DNA of 64,000 bases from Candidatus Latescibacterota bacterium (GTDB lineage Bacteria; Latescibacterota; UBA2968): positions 4,256,001 through 4,320,000 of the forward strand of contig OZ244960.1 in assembly GCA_965222605.1 (NCBI GenBank). Reading direction: 5' to 3'. Within the stretch, counting starts at the first letter, position 1. Each line of letters starts with the position of its first letter. Of this stretch, positions 19,782 to 30,928 are shown one piece after another. Below the pieces are notes generated by a model. It was not told the origin of the DNA and ran no database searches. It was given only the letters and a program-made list of their open reading frames with translations. Made by a program: the position numbers and the translations under genes.

Positions 19782-19874
19782 ACATGGTGATTTCCGCACG
19801 CGCTTTTGAAGACGCTATTGAGGTGGTTTGCTTTGACTGCTGGGACCGGGCGAGATGGAGAAGGTGCGGGGGTT

Positions 19875-20990
19875 TTAATGTGATGAATTGTTAATCAGAC
19901 GGCGGACGACTTCGGCGGGGTCGCCAGTGAGGGCAAGGAGGTCCATCTGCCGTTGCGCCCAGGTGGGTTGGTGAGCCATGTCGAGGACGTGTTTGAGAAA
20001 AGGTACGCAATTGAGCTGTTCGGCCATGGGAAGCAGGGCTTCGACGAGTTCCTCGGTCATTTGCGGGACGGATTTGAGGTCGTGAGAGGTGGAATCGACC
20101 AGTTTTGCTTCGATGCCGTAGCGCGAGGCGTGCCATTTGTTTTGACGGATGAGCATGGGGTGGCTGTCGTGTTGATAGATTCCCTGGTCGATTTGGTCGG
20201 ACAGGTTGCAAATTAAACACTGAATTAGTGCGGTTAACCCCAATGTGTCTTCGAGAGTGCCGGGAATGTCGCAAATGCGGACTTCAACGGTGCCAAATGC
20301 ATGGTGGGGACGCACGTCCCACCAGATTTCGCGGATGGATTCGATATAGCCGGTGTCGATGAGGTGGTTGATTAACCAGACATATTCACTCCAGTTGCGC
20401 ATTAAGGGGGGCAGCCCAGCGGTGGGGAGGCCCTCCATTACTTTTGACCGCCACGAGTGCAAGCCCGTGACCCGACCCTCCCAGAATGGACTGTTGCAAG
20501 AAAGAGCCAGTAAGACGGGTAAATAGCGCAGAATCCGGTCGCAGATCATGATGGCTTTGTCGCCGCTGTTGACGCCCACGTGTACGTGGAGGCCAAATGT
20601 GACCAGTTGTCGGGCGGTGTCCTGGAGAAGGTTGACGAGGCCCATATATCGGTCATTGGGTGTGATTTTTTGTTCGCGCCAGGTAGAAAATGGGTGTGTG
20701 CCCGACCAGTAGAGTTGGACATTTTCAGCAGTCGCTGCGCTGGATAACACCTGAAGTTTGGGCTTGAGGTCGGCTTCTACATCGCTGACACCTTCGCATA
20801 CGTCGGTGTTGATTTCAACATAACACTGCATCAATTCAGGCTTGATTTTGTCGGCATATTCGCCGGGAATGCGATTGAGAATCGCGGCATTTTTGCTGCA
20901 CAAAGCCATGGTGTTGGCATCGACTAAAGCCAGTTCTATTTCCACGCCGACGGTAGGTTGAACACTGGGATTAAATTCAAGTCGGGTCAT
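19875..20990 (-). CDS. YbdK family carboxylate-amine ligase (GCS2)
   Basis: TVGVEIELALVD, FGLHVHVG, LALSCNSPF, IWWDVRP and TVEVRICD motifs. Confidence 0.92.
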   Translation of the reverse strand: MTRLEFNPSVQPTVGVEIELALVDANTMALCSKNAAILNRIPGEYADKIKPELMQCYVEINTDVCEGVSDVEADLKPKLQVLSSAATAENVQLYWSGTHPFSTWREQKITPNDRYMGLVNLLQDTARQLVTFGLHVHVGVNSGDKAIMICDRILRYLPVLLALSCNSPFWEGRVTGLHSWRSKVMEGLPTAGLPPLMRNWSEYVWLINHLIDTGYIESIREIWWDVRPHHAFGTVEVRICDIPGTLEDTLGLTALIQCLICNLSDQIDQGIYQHDSHPMLIRQNKWHASRYGIEAKLVDSTSHDLKSVPQMTEELVEALLPMAEQLNCVPFLKHVLDMAHQPTWAQRQMDLLALTGDPAEVVRRLINNSSH

Positions 20991-22200
20991 GGCAATCTCC
21001 GTTTTTTTTTTGCGCTGGATCGAAATAGTTGACGACGCTGCGCGCGAGTATTTTGGCACCTATGACCAGGGCGCGTTCATCAATGTCGAAGTCGGGTGCA
21101 TGCAAAGGCGGGGCACTTCCCCGGGCGGGCATGCACCCCAGGCGAAACAGACTGCCGGGCACATGGTCGAGATAATTGGCAAAGTCCTCGCCACCCATAC
21201 TCGGTTTGGCAATGGACTGAACGTGTGTTTGGCCCAATAAATCGGTGGCATTTTGGCGGATCAGTTTTGTGAGTGTGGGGTCGTTATTGACCGATGGGGG
21301 GCCAGTGAGAAAATGAACATCAATTTGCGTGTCGGTGAGATTGGCTATGCTATTGGCAATCTTGAGTATGTGATCCATGGCATGGGCCTGGGATCTGTCA
21401 CTGAGGGTGCGAAGCGTGCCGCGGAGCGCGGCCTGGTCGGGTATGACGTTGGGATTTTCGCCCGCAGAGATATGCCCAATTGATATGACAACCGGGTCGT
21501 ATGTATCCACATTGCGAGGCAATGATTGATAAAGCGCAATGATGACCTGGGCAGCAGCGGCGATGGGGTCTCGCGTTTCCCGGGGGCGTGCGGCATGTCC
21601 GCCCCGCCCCTGGATGCAAATTTTTATTTCGGCACAATTGGCTGTGAGCACGCCCTTGCGTATGCCCACAGTACCTGCTGGACGCGAGGGATCGAGGTGA
21701 AGACTGAGGAGGCCACAGACATTTTTGAGGGCACCAAAGGCGATCATATCCTTAGCGCCGCGGTTGGTTTCTTCAGCAGGTTGAAAGATGGCGCGCCAGT
21801 GTACAGGCCACGGCAATACCTGATCGCATTCCAAAAGGCCCAAAACAGCACCGAGTACTGTGGCTGTATGACCATCGTGTCCGCAGGCGTGCATCACATC
21901 TGGTACGCGGCTGCGATAGGGCACGTTTTTTTTTGTATCTTGTATGCGCAGCGCGTCGATGTCGGCTCGCAGGCCTATACGCGTGTTTTCCAATGTATTG
22001 TCGGCGATAACGCCACAACCTCTGGGACCTATCTGTACATGGCATCTGGTCTGTTGTAATAATTTGACGAGATAACGCGTGGTTTTCACTTCGCGACCGC
22101 TGGGTTCGGGATACATGTGCAGATCGCGGCGGACGCGTACAATTTTTTGCCGTTGAGCGTCAATGGCACGGTCGAGTTTTTGCATCCATGTGTTGGGCAT
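20977..22200 (-). CDS. M20 family amidohydrolase
   Basis: LRADIDAL, MHACGHDGH, FQPAEE, GGHAARP and SMGGEDF; exact start uncertain. Confidence 0.92.
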   Translation of the reverse strand: MPNTWMQKLDRAIDAQRQKIVRVRRDLHMYPEPSGREVKTTRYLVKLLQQTRCHVQIGPRGCGVIADNTLENTRIGLRADIDALRIQDTKKNVPYRSRVPDVMHACGHDGHTATVLGAVLGLLECDQVLPWPVHWRAIFQPAEETNRGAKDMIAFGALKNVCGLLSLHLDPSRPAGTVGIRKGVLTANCAEIKICIQGRGGHAARPRETRDPIAAAAQVIIALYQSLPRNVDTYDPVVISIGHISAGENPNVIPDQAALRGTLRTLSDRSQAHAMDHILKIANSIANLTDTQIDVHFLTGPPSVNNDPTLTKLIRQNATDLLGQTHVQSIAKPSMGGEDFANYLDHVPGSLFRLGCMPARGSAPPLHAPDFDIDERALVIGAKILARSVVNYFDPAQKKNGDCHDPT

Positions 22201-22393
22201 GTATTTAAAATAAGTATAATTTTTTTTTCTGCTATAAATTGTTTCAAGCGGTTCGCACGCTTGTGCGCGATTTGGCAGGTCCAATACTTGAATGCCTATT
22301 TTAGCTTGACTTCGCGTCGTGGATGGCTGAAATTAGACTGTCATTTTTGTAACGATAGATAAACCGAGATATTTCTTTTCTAAGGAGTGTGTT

Positions 22394-22630
22394 ATGTGGC
22401 GACGACAAGAAGTACATCGCGATTTTTTTTGGATTGGGGTTGTTGCTGGCTTTGCCATCGTTGGCCTCGCCACTGTGGGATTTTTGTTGGGAACGGAAAT
22501 GGGGCGAAATACGCGCACGCGATTGGGACAGGCCGTTCAACGTGTGCGTAGCCGCATCAATGGAGCAGCAAAATCCAATGGTTCAACAGAATCTCAGGAA
22601 TCATCCGCTGAAGCAGAATATATAGATTAG
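22394..22630 (+). CDS. Small single-TM protein (YtxH-like)
   Basis: TAAGGAG RBS; Gly-rich TM followed by GRNTRTRL. Confidence 0.65.
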   Translation: MWRRQEVHRDFFWIGVVAGFAIVGLATVGFLLGTEMGRNTRTRLGQAVQRVRSRINGAAKSNGSTESQESSAEAEYID

Positions 22631-22702
22631 AAAGAATCCCGGGTGTGTTTCTGGATTGAACTACCCGAGTGGTTAACCGAATCGCAGTTTTTAAGAGATG
22701 AG

Positions 22703-22746
22703 ACGCGAGAAGTAAAACGCGAGAGCGTTTTACTTCTTGCGTTTTT
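22703..22746 (+). terminator. Intrinsic terminator
   Basis: ACGCGAGAAGTAAAACGC-GAGA-GCGTTTTACTTCTTGCGT followed by a T tract. Confidence 0.75.
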
Positions 22747-22753
22747 GTATGTG

Positions 22754-23257
22754 ATGAATTTGCTTTCCAAACCCGATGGATATCCCATTTATGCTGTTGT
22801 GGAAAATGTTCGTTCCCTGTTTAATGTGGGCGCGATTTTTCGCTCGGCAGATGGGATCAATGCATCGGGGGTTTATTTAACGGGGTTTACGGGATGTCCC
22901 CCGCGCAAGGAAATCAGTCGCGTGGCGTTGGGCGCAGAAGAGACCGTGCCCTGGCATTACGAACGGGATACAGAAGAGGTAATTGGCGGTTTGCGCTCAC
23001 AAGGTGTGCAGGTGGTTGCATTAGAGCAAACGCCAGATAGTGTCGATTTTCGAACCTTTTGCTATCGCTGGCCGGTGGCTGTGATTTTGGGCCATGAGGT
23101 GACGGGCGTGCGTCCTGAGACACTGTGTTTGTGCGACGGCGTTGTACATATTCCAATGTTGGGAACAAAAGTGTCTCTAAATGTGTCTGTAGCTACAGGG
23201 GTTATGCTTTATGAATTGTTGTCCGTTTTTGAGGGGCAACGAGATAGGGAGTGGTAA
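22754..23257 (+). CDS. TrmH/SpoU family RNA methyltransferase
   Basis: NVRSLFNVGAIFRSAD, LGHEVTG, IPMLGTKVSLNVSVA. Confidence 0.92.
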   Translation: MNLLSKPDGYPIYAVVENVRSLFNVGAIFRSADGINASGVYLTGFTGCPPRKEISRVALGAEETVPWHYERDTEEVIGGLRSQGVQVVALEQTPDSVDFRTFCYRWPVAVILGHEVTGVRPETLCLCDGVVHIPMLGTKVSLNVSVATGVMLYELLSVFEGQRDREW

Positions 23258-23281
23258 ATTGCTCACACAAAGACACGGAAC

Positions 23282-23357
23282 GGTGTACAACTGCGACGGT
23301 GAACGAGCCTCAGGCTCGTTGTACCCCACTCACCAGCAGTTCCACACACAAAGGGGG
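23282..23357 (+). repeat. GG(T/G)GTAC-tagged hairpin repeat, copy B, with a nested inverted family member (23301-23327)
   Basis: Near-identical to the reverse complement of 63126-63169 except for an inserted GAACGAGCCTCAGGCTCGTTGTACCCC. Confidence 0.8.
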
Positions 23358-23443
23358 CGGGGACTGGTTGGGTTGAGCAGTTGGGGCTGACCGCTGACTA
23401 CTGACTGCTTGTTTTGCTGACGACTGAGAAAGGACGTATCCCG

Positions 23444-24646
23444 ATGAATTTACGCTTTTGCGCTGTGCTGTGTATGCTTATGGTCCTGAATGGAGGGGAA
23501 CTGCGGGCTGAAACGAGCGTGTTTTGGGTGGCTAACGGCCCTATGGCATCAGATTTTGATGGCGATGGCAAGGTGACGTTTACCGATTTTTTGCACTTTG
23601 TCAATAATTTTAATGTGAATTCAGAGGATGAGAGCTATGATCCCCGCACGGATTTGAATGAGGATGGGGTCACAAATTTTAACGATTTTTTGGCATTTAG
23701 TTCTTTTTATGGTCAAACGGAGACCTCTGTTGAACTGAGTGGGGATCGATATATTATTTATGTGGCAGATTCAGATGACAGTTCGGTTATGGCACTGGAT
23801 TTTGACTCACATCTGATACTGGATTATATGCCCTATCGCGGTCCGGGTGGGGTAACGGTGTCTGCGGATCAGCAGTCGATTTATGTGACGGAGATATTTG
23901 GATTTTTTAAGATGGACACGCGCCATCAGGTGCAGTTTAGCGTGCCTGTTGAATCGCGGGGCAAAGCGGTGCTGAGTCTGGATCAGACGCGGGCTTATGT
24001 GACCGATCAGGTACAGGATCTGGTTCGGGTGGTGGATGTGGTGAATGGCGTTACCACAGATTCTATCCTGGTGGGCAATCGCCCATTTGATGTCGTGCTC
24101 TCTCCCGATGGTACAACGTTGTATGTGGCAAATCTAACCGATCAAAATGTGGTCGTTGTCGATCTGGCGACGATGACGGTTACGGCGAGGATAATTATCG
24201 GTGATTTTCCGGGGGAGATATCAATTACGCAGGATGGTGCGCGTGCTTATGTGACAAATTTGACGCGTGGTGTGATTTCTGTTTTAGATCTCAATACCAA
24301 TCAGGTGGTGGGCGCGATTCAGATTGATCAGGGGTCTTCATTTGGTGCAGAGTTTTCGCCCGATAGGAGTTTGTTGTACGTGGGCGCGGAGGGCGTGTTG
24401 TTGGAAATTGATGTGGAGCACAATTTGATTGTTCGCACATTGCGGTTGGGGGATGATTCGACGGTGCTCGGGGTTTCGCCCGATGGCTCTCGGGCTTATG
24501 TCACAACGCTTGTGCGACAGGCTGGGGGACCGGGACTTACGGTAGTGGATTTGAATGAGTGGAAGATTCTCGGGCGATTACGGGGGTTCTTTTACCCGAG
24601 GGAAATCGCGTTTCGGACTGTGCCGAGGAGCACGGAATCTCAGTGA
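23444..24646 (+). CDS. Secreted YncE/YVTN beta-propeller protein with an N-terminal dockerin/EF-hand-like domain
   Basis: Signal peptide; DFDGDGKVTFTDF and DLNEDGVTNFNDF; SPDG/AYVT repeats. Confidence 0.85.
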   Translation: MNLRFCAVLCMLMVLNGGELRAETSVFWVANGPMASDFDGDGKVTFTDFLHFVNNFNVNSEDESYDPRTDLNEDGVTNFNDFLAFSSFYGQTETSVELSGDRYIIYVADSDDSSVMALDFDSHLILDYMPYRGPGGVTVSADQQSIYVTEIFGFFKMDTRHQVQFSVPVESRGKAVLSLDQTRAYVTDQVQDLVRVVDVVNGVTTDSILVGNRPFDVVLSPDGTTLYVANLTDQNVVVVDLATMTVTARIIIGDFPGEISITQDGARAYVTNLTRGVISVLDLNTNQVVGAIQIDQGSSFGAEFSPDRSLLYVGAEGVLLEIDVEHNLIVRTLRLGDDSTVLGVSPDGSRAYVTTLVRQAGGPGLTVVDLNEWKILGRLRGFFYPREIAFRTVPRSTESQ

Positions 24647-24682
24647 GGCGAGCGTGTGATTTGATCTATGAAGAAAGCGACC

Positions 24683-25399
24683 TTAATGGTCGCTTTTTTT
24701 ATTTGGTAGAAATAGGTCGAGACATTCCGCCATGAGGATATTGATGTGTTCAAACTCGTGTTGATCTGTCAGTATTTCGTGTGCGGACTGAATATAGGGC
24801 GCATCGACGATTTCGTGCCCACAGTTATCGATCAATGCCTGGGCGGCGTTGCGCGTTGTTTCCAGGTGGAATTGCAATGCGAGGATCTGAGCGCCTACCG
24901 AGAATGCCTGATTCTTACAGACAGGGCTTTTGGCAAGGTGCGTTGCTTCAGGGGGGAGGTCAAATGTGTCGCCGTGCCAGTGAAAAACTTCGCCGGCATT
25001 GGAGAATACTTTTCCGATTGAACTGCTGAAGCTGTTGTACGCCGCTCGCACGCCCTCAATGGGGAACCAGCCGATTTCTTTGTGATCATTTGGATAGACC
25101 CTGGCACCGAGCACTTCGGCAATGAGTTGGGCACCCAGGCAAACGCCCAGTATTTGCGTACCGGAAGCTATCGCCTGTTTCAAAAATTTCTTTTCTTTCA
25201 CGAGCCAGGGGTACTCGCGCTCGTCATAGACGCCCATGGGTCCCCCCATGACCACCAACAGGTCAATTTCATCGGCTGATGGCAATGTCTCACCCGCAAA
25301 GAGGCGCGTGCGTGAGATTTGAGCGCGACGCGCTTTTGCCCAGGACGCAATGCTGCCCAGACCTTCAAAAGGCACATGCTGGAGATAGTGCAGTTTCAT
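24683..25399 (-). CDS. Type 1 glutamine amidotransferase
   Basis: LQHVPFE, GVCLGAQL, HWHGD and QFHLE motifs. Confidence 0.92.
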   Translation of the reverse strand: MKLHYLQHVPFEGLGSIASWAKARRAQISRTRLFAGETLPSADEIDLLVVMGGPMGVYDEREYPWLVKEKKFLKQAIASGTQILGVCLGAQLIAEVLGARVYPNDHKEIGWFPIEGVRAAYNSFSSSIGKVFSNAGEVFHWHGDTFDLPPEATHLAKSPVCKNQAFSVGAQILALQFHLETTRNAAQALIDNCGHEIVDAPYIQSAHEILTDQHEFEHINILMAECLDLFLPNKKSDH

Positions 25400-25403
25400 G
25401 ATT

Positions 25404-26402
25404 TCAAGAAATGTCAACGGGTTGTTGTGTTCTCATGGACTCGTAGATGGCGTCCATTGTTTTCATATTGCCGATGCTGTTTTCCGGTGGGATGCGGTGC
25501 GGTTGCCCGGTGTCGAGGCAATCGCACAGATGGTGGAGTTGGTTCAGGAATTGAAAAATGGGTTCAAATTCATGGGTTTTAATGCCGTCGCGGGTGTGGA
25601 CCTCAAGGGTCGTGGGCTGGTTTTCGTTGTTCCAGGCGCGTTCTGTTCGCAACATGCCATCGGTGCCGGAGATTTCAAAATATTGTGAGGAGGCCATTTT
25701 GAAGCTAAAGGTGAGTTGTGCAGTGACATGATTGGGAAATTCGTAGATGGCTATAATTGTTTCATCCACTTCGCGACCAAATTCTCCTGTGGCATAGACG
25801 CGGATGGGGTCGGCGTTGGCTATGAAGCGAGCGTGATGGGTATTGTAACAACCCAGATCATAGACTGCGCCACCGCCTTTTTCTTTGTTGAAACGCCAGT
25901 TGAGTTCGGGTTTTCGGCGGTCGTCTGAAACGCCTGTGCAAAAGGTGCTGCGAATGTTACTCAGGGTTCCGATTTGTCCACTGTCGAGAATTTCTTTGGT
26001 TTTGAGATGTAAGGGGTGATGGCGAAATTTGAAGGCTTCGGCGAGGAGGATATTGTTGGCTTTGGCGCATGCAACCATTTCTCGGCATTCGGCAGCGGTT
26101 TGTGTGATGGGTTTTTCGCAGAGGATGGCGCGAACTTTTTGCGATTTCGCGATTTGATTGCTCAGGCTGGCGTGAAAGCGGCCCCAGGTGCAGATGATGG
26201 CGATGTCGAGGTTTTCATTGTCGAGCATCTGGTCGAGATCTGTATAACCTTTTCGGACGTCAAATTCGCCGCGATATCTCTCAACTGCTTCGGGCAAGAC
26301 ATCGCAGACTGCAACGATTTCTGCGCGGTCAGATTGTGCAGTAGCCCGACCGTGAGCACGCGAGATACCACCAGCACCAACAATTCCAATGCGATAAGAC
26401 AT
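25404..26402 (-). CDS. Gfo/Idh/MocA family oxidoreductase
   Basis: GIVGAGGI, CEKP and GGGAVYDLGCY motifs. Confidence 0.92.
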   Translation of the reverse strand: MSYRIGIVGAGGISRAHGRATAQSDRAEIVAVCDVLPEAVERYRGEFDVRKGYTDLDQMLDNENLDIAIICTWGRFHASLSNQIAKSQKVRAILCEKPITQTAAECREMVACAKANNILLAEAFKFRHHPLHLKTKEILDSGQIGTLSNIRSTFCTGVSDDRRKPELNWRFNKEKGGGAVYDLGCYNTHHARFIANADPIRVYATGEFGREVDETIIAIYEFPNHVTAQLTFSFKMASSQYFEISGTDGMLRTERAWNNENQPTTLEVHTRDGIKTHEFEPIFQFLNQLHHLCDCLDTGQPHRIPPENSIGNMKTMDAIYESMRTQQPVDIS

Positions 26403-26426
26403 GTAAAAACTCCTGAAAAAAAGACC

Positions 26427-27044
26427 TCAGTCCAACACATCCAAAATATGTCGCGCAACAGATTCAGCCAGTATGGCAGAGCCTTCTTTTGAAAAATGCA
26501 CATTGGCGGGGAGTTGTATATCGTCAAGGCGTTCTATAGCATATCCATAGAGGTCGTTTGTGGGAATGCCGTGTGCATCCATGACTTTTTGTGCGATGGC
26601 GTTGTATTCAATTTCGTCGCCGGGTTTGCGGAGGGACGCGCCTTCGGGAACTGGTGTGGTGGCGCACCAGATTAATTTGGCACCGGTTTGTTTGAGGCGT
26701 TTGACCAGGGTGTCGAGGTTTTGTTCGTATTGGTCGGCACGCACTTGATGTTGGCCCTGCGGTGGATTGACGCGTTCTCCGTTTTCTTTCATGTGAACGA
26801 TGTCGTGTAAGCCCCAGTTGAAGTGAATGACATCCCAGGAACCGTCGCCGAGCCAGTTTTCAATTTCTTCTACGCCGCGCTTTGTCGGCCCGCAGTTGGT
26901 AAGCGGGCGGTGGAGGTTGGCTTTGAGCAATTTGCGCACGGGCAGGGTATAACCAATGGAGATGGAGTCCCCAATGATCAGTACGCGCGGCAGACCAGGT
27001 TCATCTTTAATGGGTTCAAATGCTGGATTATTGTTGGGGGGCAT
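26427..27044 (-). CDS. SGNH/GDSL hydrolase
   Basis: IGDSIS, FNWGLHD and NVHF motifs. Confidence 0.9.
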   Translation of the reverse strand: MPPNNNPAFEPIKDEPGLPRVLIIGDSISIGYTLPVRKLLKANLHRPLTNCGPTKRGVEEIENWLGDGSWDVIHFNWGLHDIVHMKENGERVNPPQGQHQVRADQYEQNLDTLVKRLKQTGAKLIWCATTPVPEGASLRKPGDEIEYNAIAQKVMDAHGIPTNDLYGYAIERLDDIQLPANVHFSKEGSAILAESVARHILDVLD

Positions 27045-27065
27045 GAGGTTCTCCTTTTATAAATC

Positions 27066-28724
27066 TCAGGCGTTGTGCCAGGCGTCTTCCCAGGGCGTGC
27101 CTTCGAGCGATTCTGCGGCGATATCTCGGGGACCGCGTTTGAGCACTTGTTCTTTATATTTTTTGATGCTCAATTTGTCGGGGGATAAGGTGGTTTCTTT
27201 ACTGATGGCGCGGGTAAATGCTTCGGCGAAGGTTTCGATACTGTCTTTTTTATTTTCCGGCAAGCGCTTGGGCCATGGACCGTCGTTGAGGTTGACTGTG
27301 CGGCATTCTTCTTCTGTAGGAATGCTGTCTGGACCGGGATACGAGCGCAGCCTATCGCCGTCAAAGGAATCATTCAGGCCGTGCTGTCGTTCCCAGGCGA
27401 TGATTTGATTGCGAAATTTTGACGCCAATGCGGGGTGTTCGGCGATGAGGTTGTGCTGTTCGTGTGGATCGTTTTCAAGGTCGTAGAGTTCTTTGATGCC
27501 GCCGTGGGCAAAAAAGGCGTATTTGTATTTTTGGTTGCGCGCTGAAATCCAGCGTCCTGCGCCCTTGCCGTAGTCTATAATCGCGGATTCTCGAGGCTCT
27601 GCCAGGCCTCCACCTGTTGCGCCCAGGAGGTTCGCCCCCGGCAATGGGCCGTGTTCTTCTGGATACTGGAGGTCGAGTTCTTCAATGAGGGTGGGAAAGA
27701 AGTCGAGCAGGCTGACGAGGTCATCGCATTGCCGCCCCGCCTGTGTTTTGCCGGGCCAGCGGAGGAGATATGGAATGCGCACGGAGGATTCATAAGGGCA
27801 GTTTTTTTGCGAAAGGCCGTGTTCGCCCATCATTTCACCGTGGTCTGAGACAAAGAGGACGATAGTGTTATCGGATAGACCGAGGGTTTCGAGTTCATTC
27901 AAAATGCGACCGATGCCGTCGTCAACATGAGTGATGAGACCATAGTAAAGGGCGCGCAGGCGGCGCAGGCGGTCGGGGTCGCGGTGGGCACCGTCCAGAC
28001 GTCCTCGACTGCCGTAAAAATTGGGCGGCAGGGTTTTGATAGGGCGGTCGGCAAAGGGTGGGAGGGGCATATCGGCGGGGTCGTACATGTCGTCGTACGG
28101 TTCGCAGGGCGCAAAGGGCGGGTGCGGTGATATCCAGGAACTCCAAAGAAAAAAGGGTTGATTTGGGCGGTAGCGGGTGTGTTCGCGGAGAAAGTCAATA
28201 GACTGGTCGGCGACCCAGGTATTTTTGTGGTGTTCAACGGGTATGCCACAGGTTTGGGGCTGGAAGAAGAGCAGATCGCGGATGCCTTTGGGAAAACGGG
28301 TGCGAACGCCGTTTTCCCGCAGATAGCGAAGGTAGTCATCATCGACCCAGTGATTGATGCATTCTTCCATTGTGAGGAGGTTTCGGAAGCCGTAGTGCCG
28401 ACCGTGAAAGTGCATTTTTCCAATGCCCTGCGTCCAGTATCTGGCGCGCAGAAGGAGGGTCATGATGGTGGGAAGTTCGGGTAAGGGGCCAGGTAGCGCA
28501 CTGTTGTCTGTCCAGTGGTGTCGGGACATTCTGTGACCCGTGATGAAACTCATGCGCGCTGCAACGCAGACGGGGGTGGGCGTGATGGCCTGTGTAAAGC
28601 GTACACCTGAATTGGCAAGCGCGTCGAGGTTGGGTGTGCGGATTGTTGTATTTCCAGCGCAGCCCATGGCATCTGCGCGTTGCTGGTCGGTCATGAGAAC
28701 GAGAATATTGGGGCGATCTGGCAT
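27066..28724 (-). CDS. Sulfatase (formylglycine-dependent)
   Basis: PNILVLMTDQQR, CVAAR, GKMH and SDHG motifs. Confidence 0.93.
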   Translation of the reverse strand: MPDRPNILVLMTDQQRADAMGCAGNTTIRTPNLDALANSGVRFTQAITPTPVCVAARMSFITGHRMSRHHWTDNSALPGPLPELPTIMTLLLRARYWTQGIGKMHFHGRHYGFRNLLTMEECINHWVDDDYLRYLRENGVRTRFPKGIRDLLFFQPQTCGIPVEHHKNTWVADQSIDFLREHTRYRPNQPFFLWSSWISPHPPFAPCEPYDDMYDPADMPLPPFADRPIKTLPPNFYGSRGRLDGAHRDPDRLRRLRALYYGLITHVDDGIGRILNELETLGLSDNTIVLFVSDHGEMMGEHGLSQKNCPYESSVRIPYLLRWPGKTQAGRQCDDLVSLLDFFPTLIEELDLQYPEEHGPLPGANLLGATGGGLAEPRESAIIDYGKGAGRWISARNQKYKYAFFAHGGIKELYDLENDPHEQHNLIAEHPALASKFRNQIIAWERQHGLNDSFDGDRLRSYPGPDSIPTEEECRTVNLNDGPWPKRLPENKKDSIETFAEAFTRAISKETTLSPDKLSIKKYKEQVLKRGPRDIAAESLEGTPWEDAWHNA

Positions 28725-28767
28725 AGTGTTTCCCTCAGCGCTTATGGCAATTCATGACATTCGGTAT

Positions 28768-30264
<1,497 letters not shown>

Positions 30265-30319
30265 CTATAGAAAGTCGAGAAAGTAGATGAGGATTATTTT
30301 CCCTCTTTGGATCGAATAC

Positions 30320-30354
30320 AAAAATCCCCTTGACGCAGACACATCAAGGGGATT
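30320..30354 (-). terminator. Intrinsic terminator in the guaB leader
   Basis: Minus strand: AATCCCCTTGATG...CGTCAAGGGGATTTTT, about 70 bp upstream of the guaB start. Confidence 0.75.
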
Positions 30355-30455
30355 CAGGCGACAGGCACAGTTACACACTCCGCTCTGAGACCTGGCGGAG
30401 GTGTAAACCGCCGTTTTTTCCGGCAACAATAATAAGTGTAAAACCTCTGGTGCAT
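30354..30455 (-). CDS. Putative 33-aa leader peptide upstream of guaB
   Basis: GGAG RBS, MHQRFYTYYCCRKKRRFTPPPGLRAECVTVPVA; the stop codon abuts the terminator stem. Confidence 0.45.
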   Translation of the reverse strand: MHQRFYTYYCCRKKRRFTPPPGLRAECVTVPVA

Positions 30456-30487
30456 GATGGTTCTCCAAATCGCGATTAGATTTGCCA

Positions 30488-30516
30488 AATATACCGCTTC
30501 TCTTTTGTTCTGTCAA
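30488..30516 (-). promoter_or_regulatory. Sigma70-type promoter for the guaB leader
   Basis: TTGACA-N17-TATATT on the minus strand. Confidence 0.7.
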
Positions 30517-30756
30517 TATGTGTGAAATAGAATTTTGTTTACAAAGGTCTCTGGAAAAGGGGTTGACATCGATCTTTATGGCTTATATTTTTTATTTTTT
30601 ATTAACTCAAACTCCTAATACCGTTCTTGATTAATTAGCCATCTTAAATTTTTAAGACTGGGATAATTAACATTTTTCATAAAACATTGTTGCAGAGTTG
30701 GATATACCGGGAACTCTACTGATTTGTATTTCGTTTAATCTGAAGCAGATTTTGGC

Positions 30757-30785
30757 TTGACAGGGTTTTTTTCATTCATTAGATT
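30757..30785 (+). promoter_or_regulatory. Sigma70-type promoter for the TPR-exbBD-tonB operon
   Basis: TTGACA-N17-TAGATT. Confidence 0.55.
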
Positions 30786-30928
30786 CTTCAGCCCTGATAC
30801 CTGTTATCGCATTTATTTTTTGCTGTGGGTCGTATATTATTAATTGTATATTATTAAAGGGAAGCGGCCTGTCTAAGCTATGTGTCGTTTTCTATGAATT
30901 TTCATCCACAATAGTATGGAGATTGGAT

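Noticed and set aside
22633-22745. Possible ncRNA after the YtxH-like gene
   Set aside because: Only the terminator hairpin is supportable; no recognisable RNA family.
30360-30480. Purine riboswitch upstream of guaB
   Set aside because: The conserved aptamer core could not be found; reported instead as a possible leader-peptide attenuator.
30520-30920. AT-rich intergenic region as a replication origin
   Set aside because: Only one imperfect DnaA-box-like 9-mer (TCATCCACA) is present; divergent promoters explain the region.
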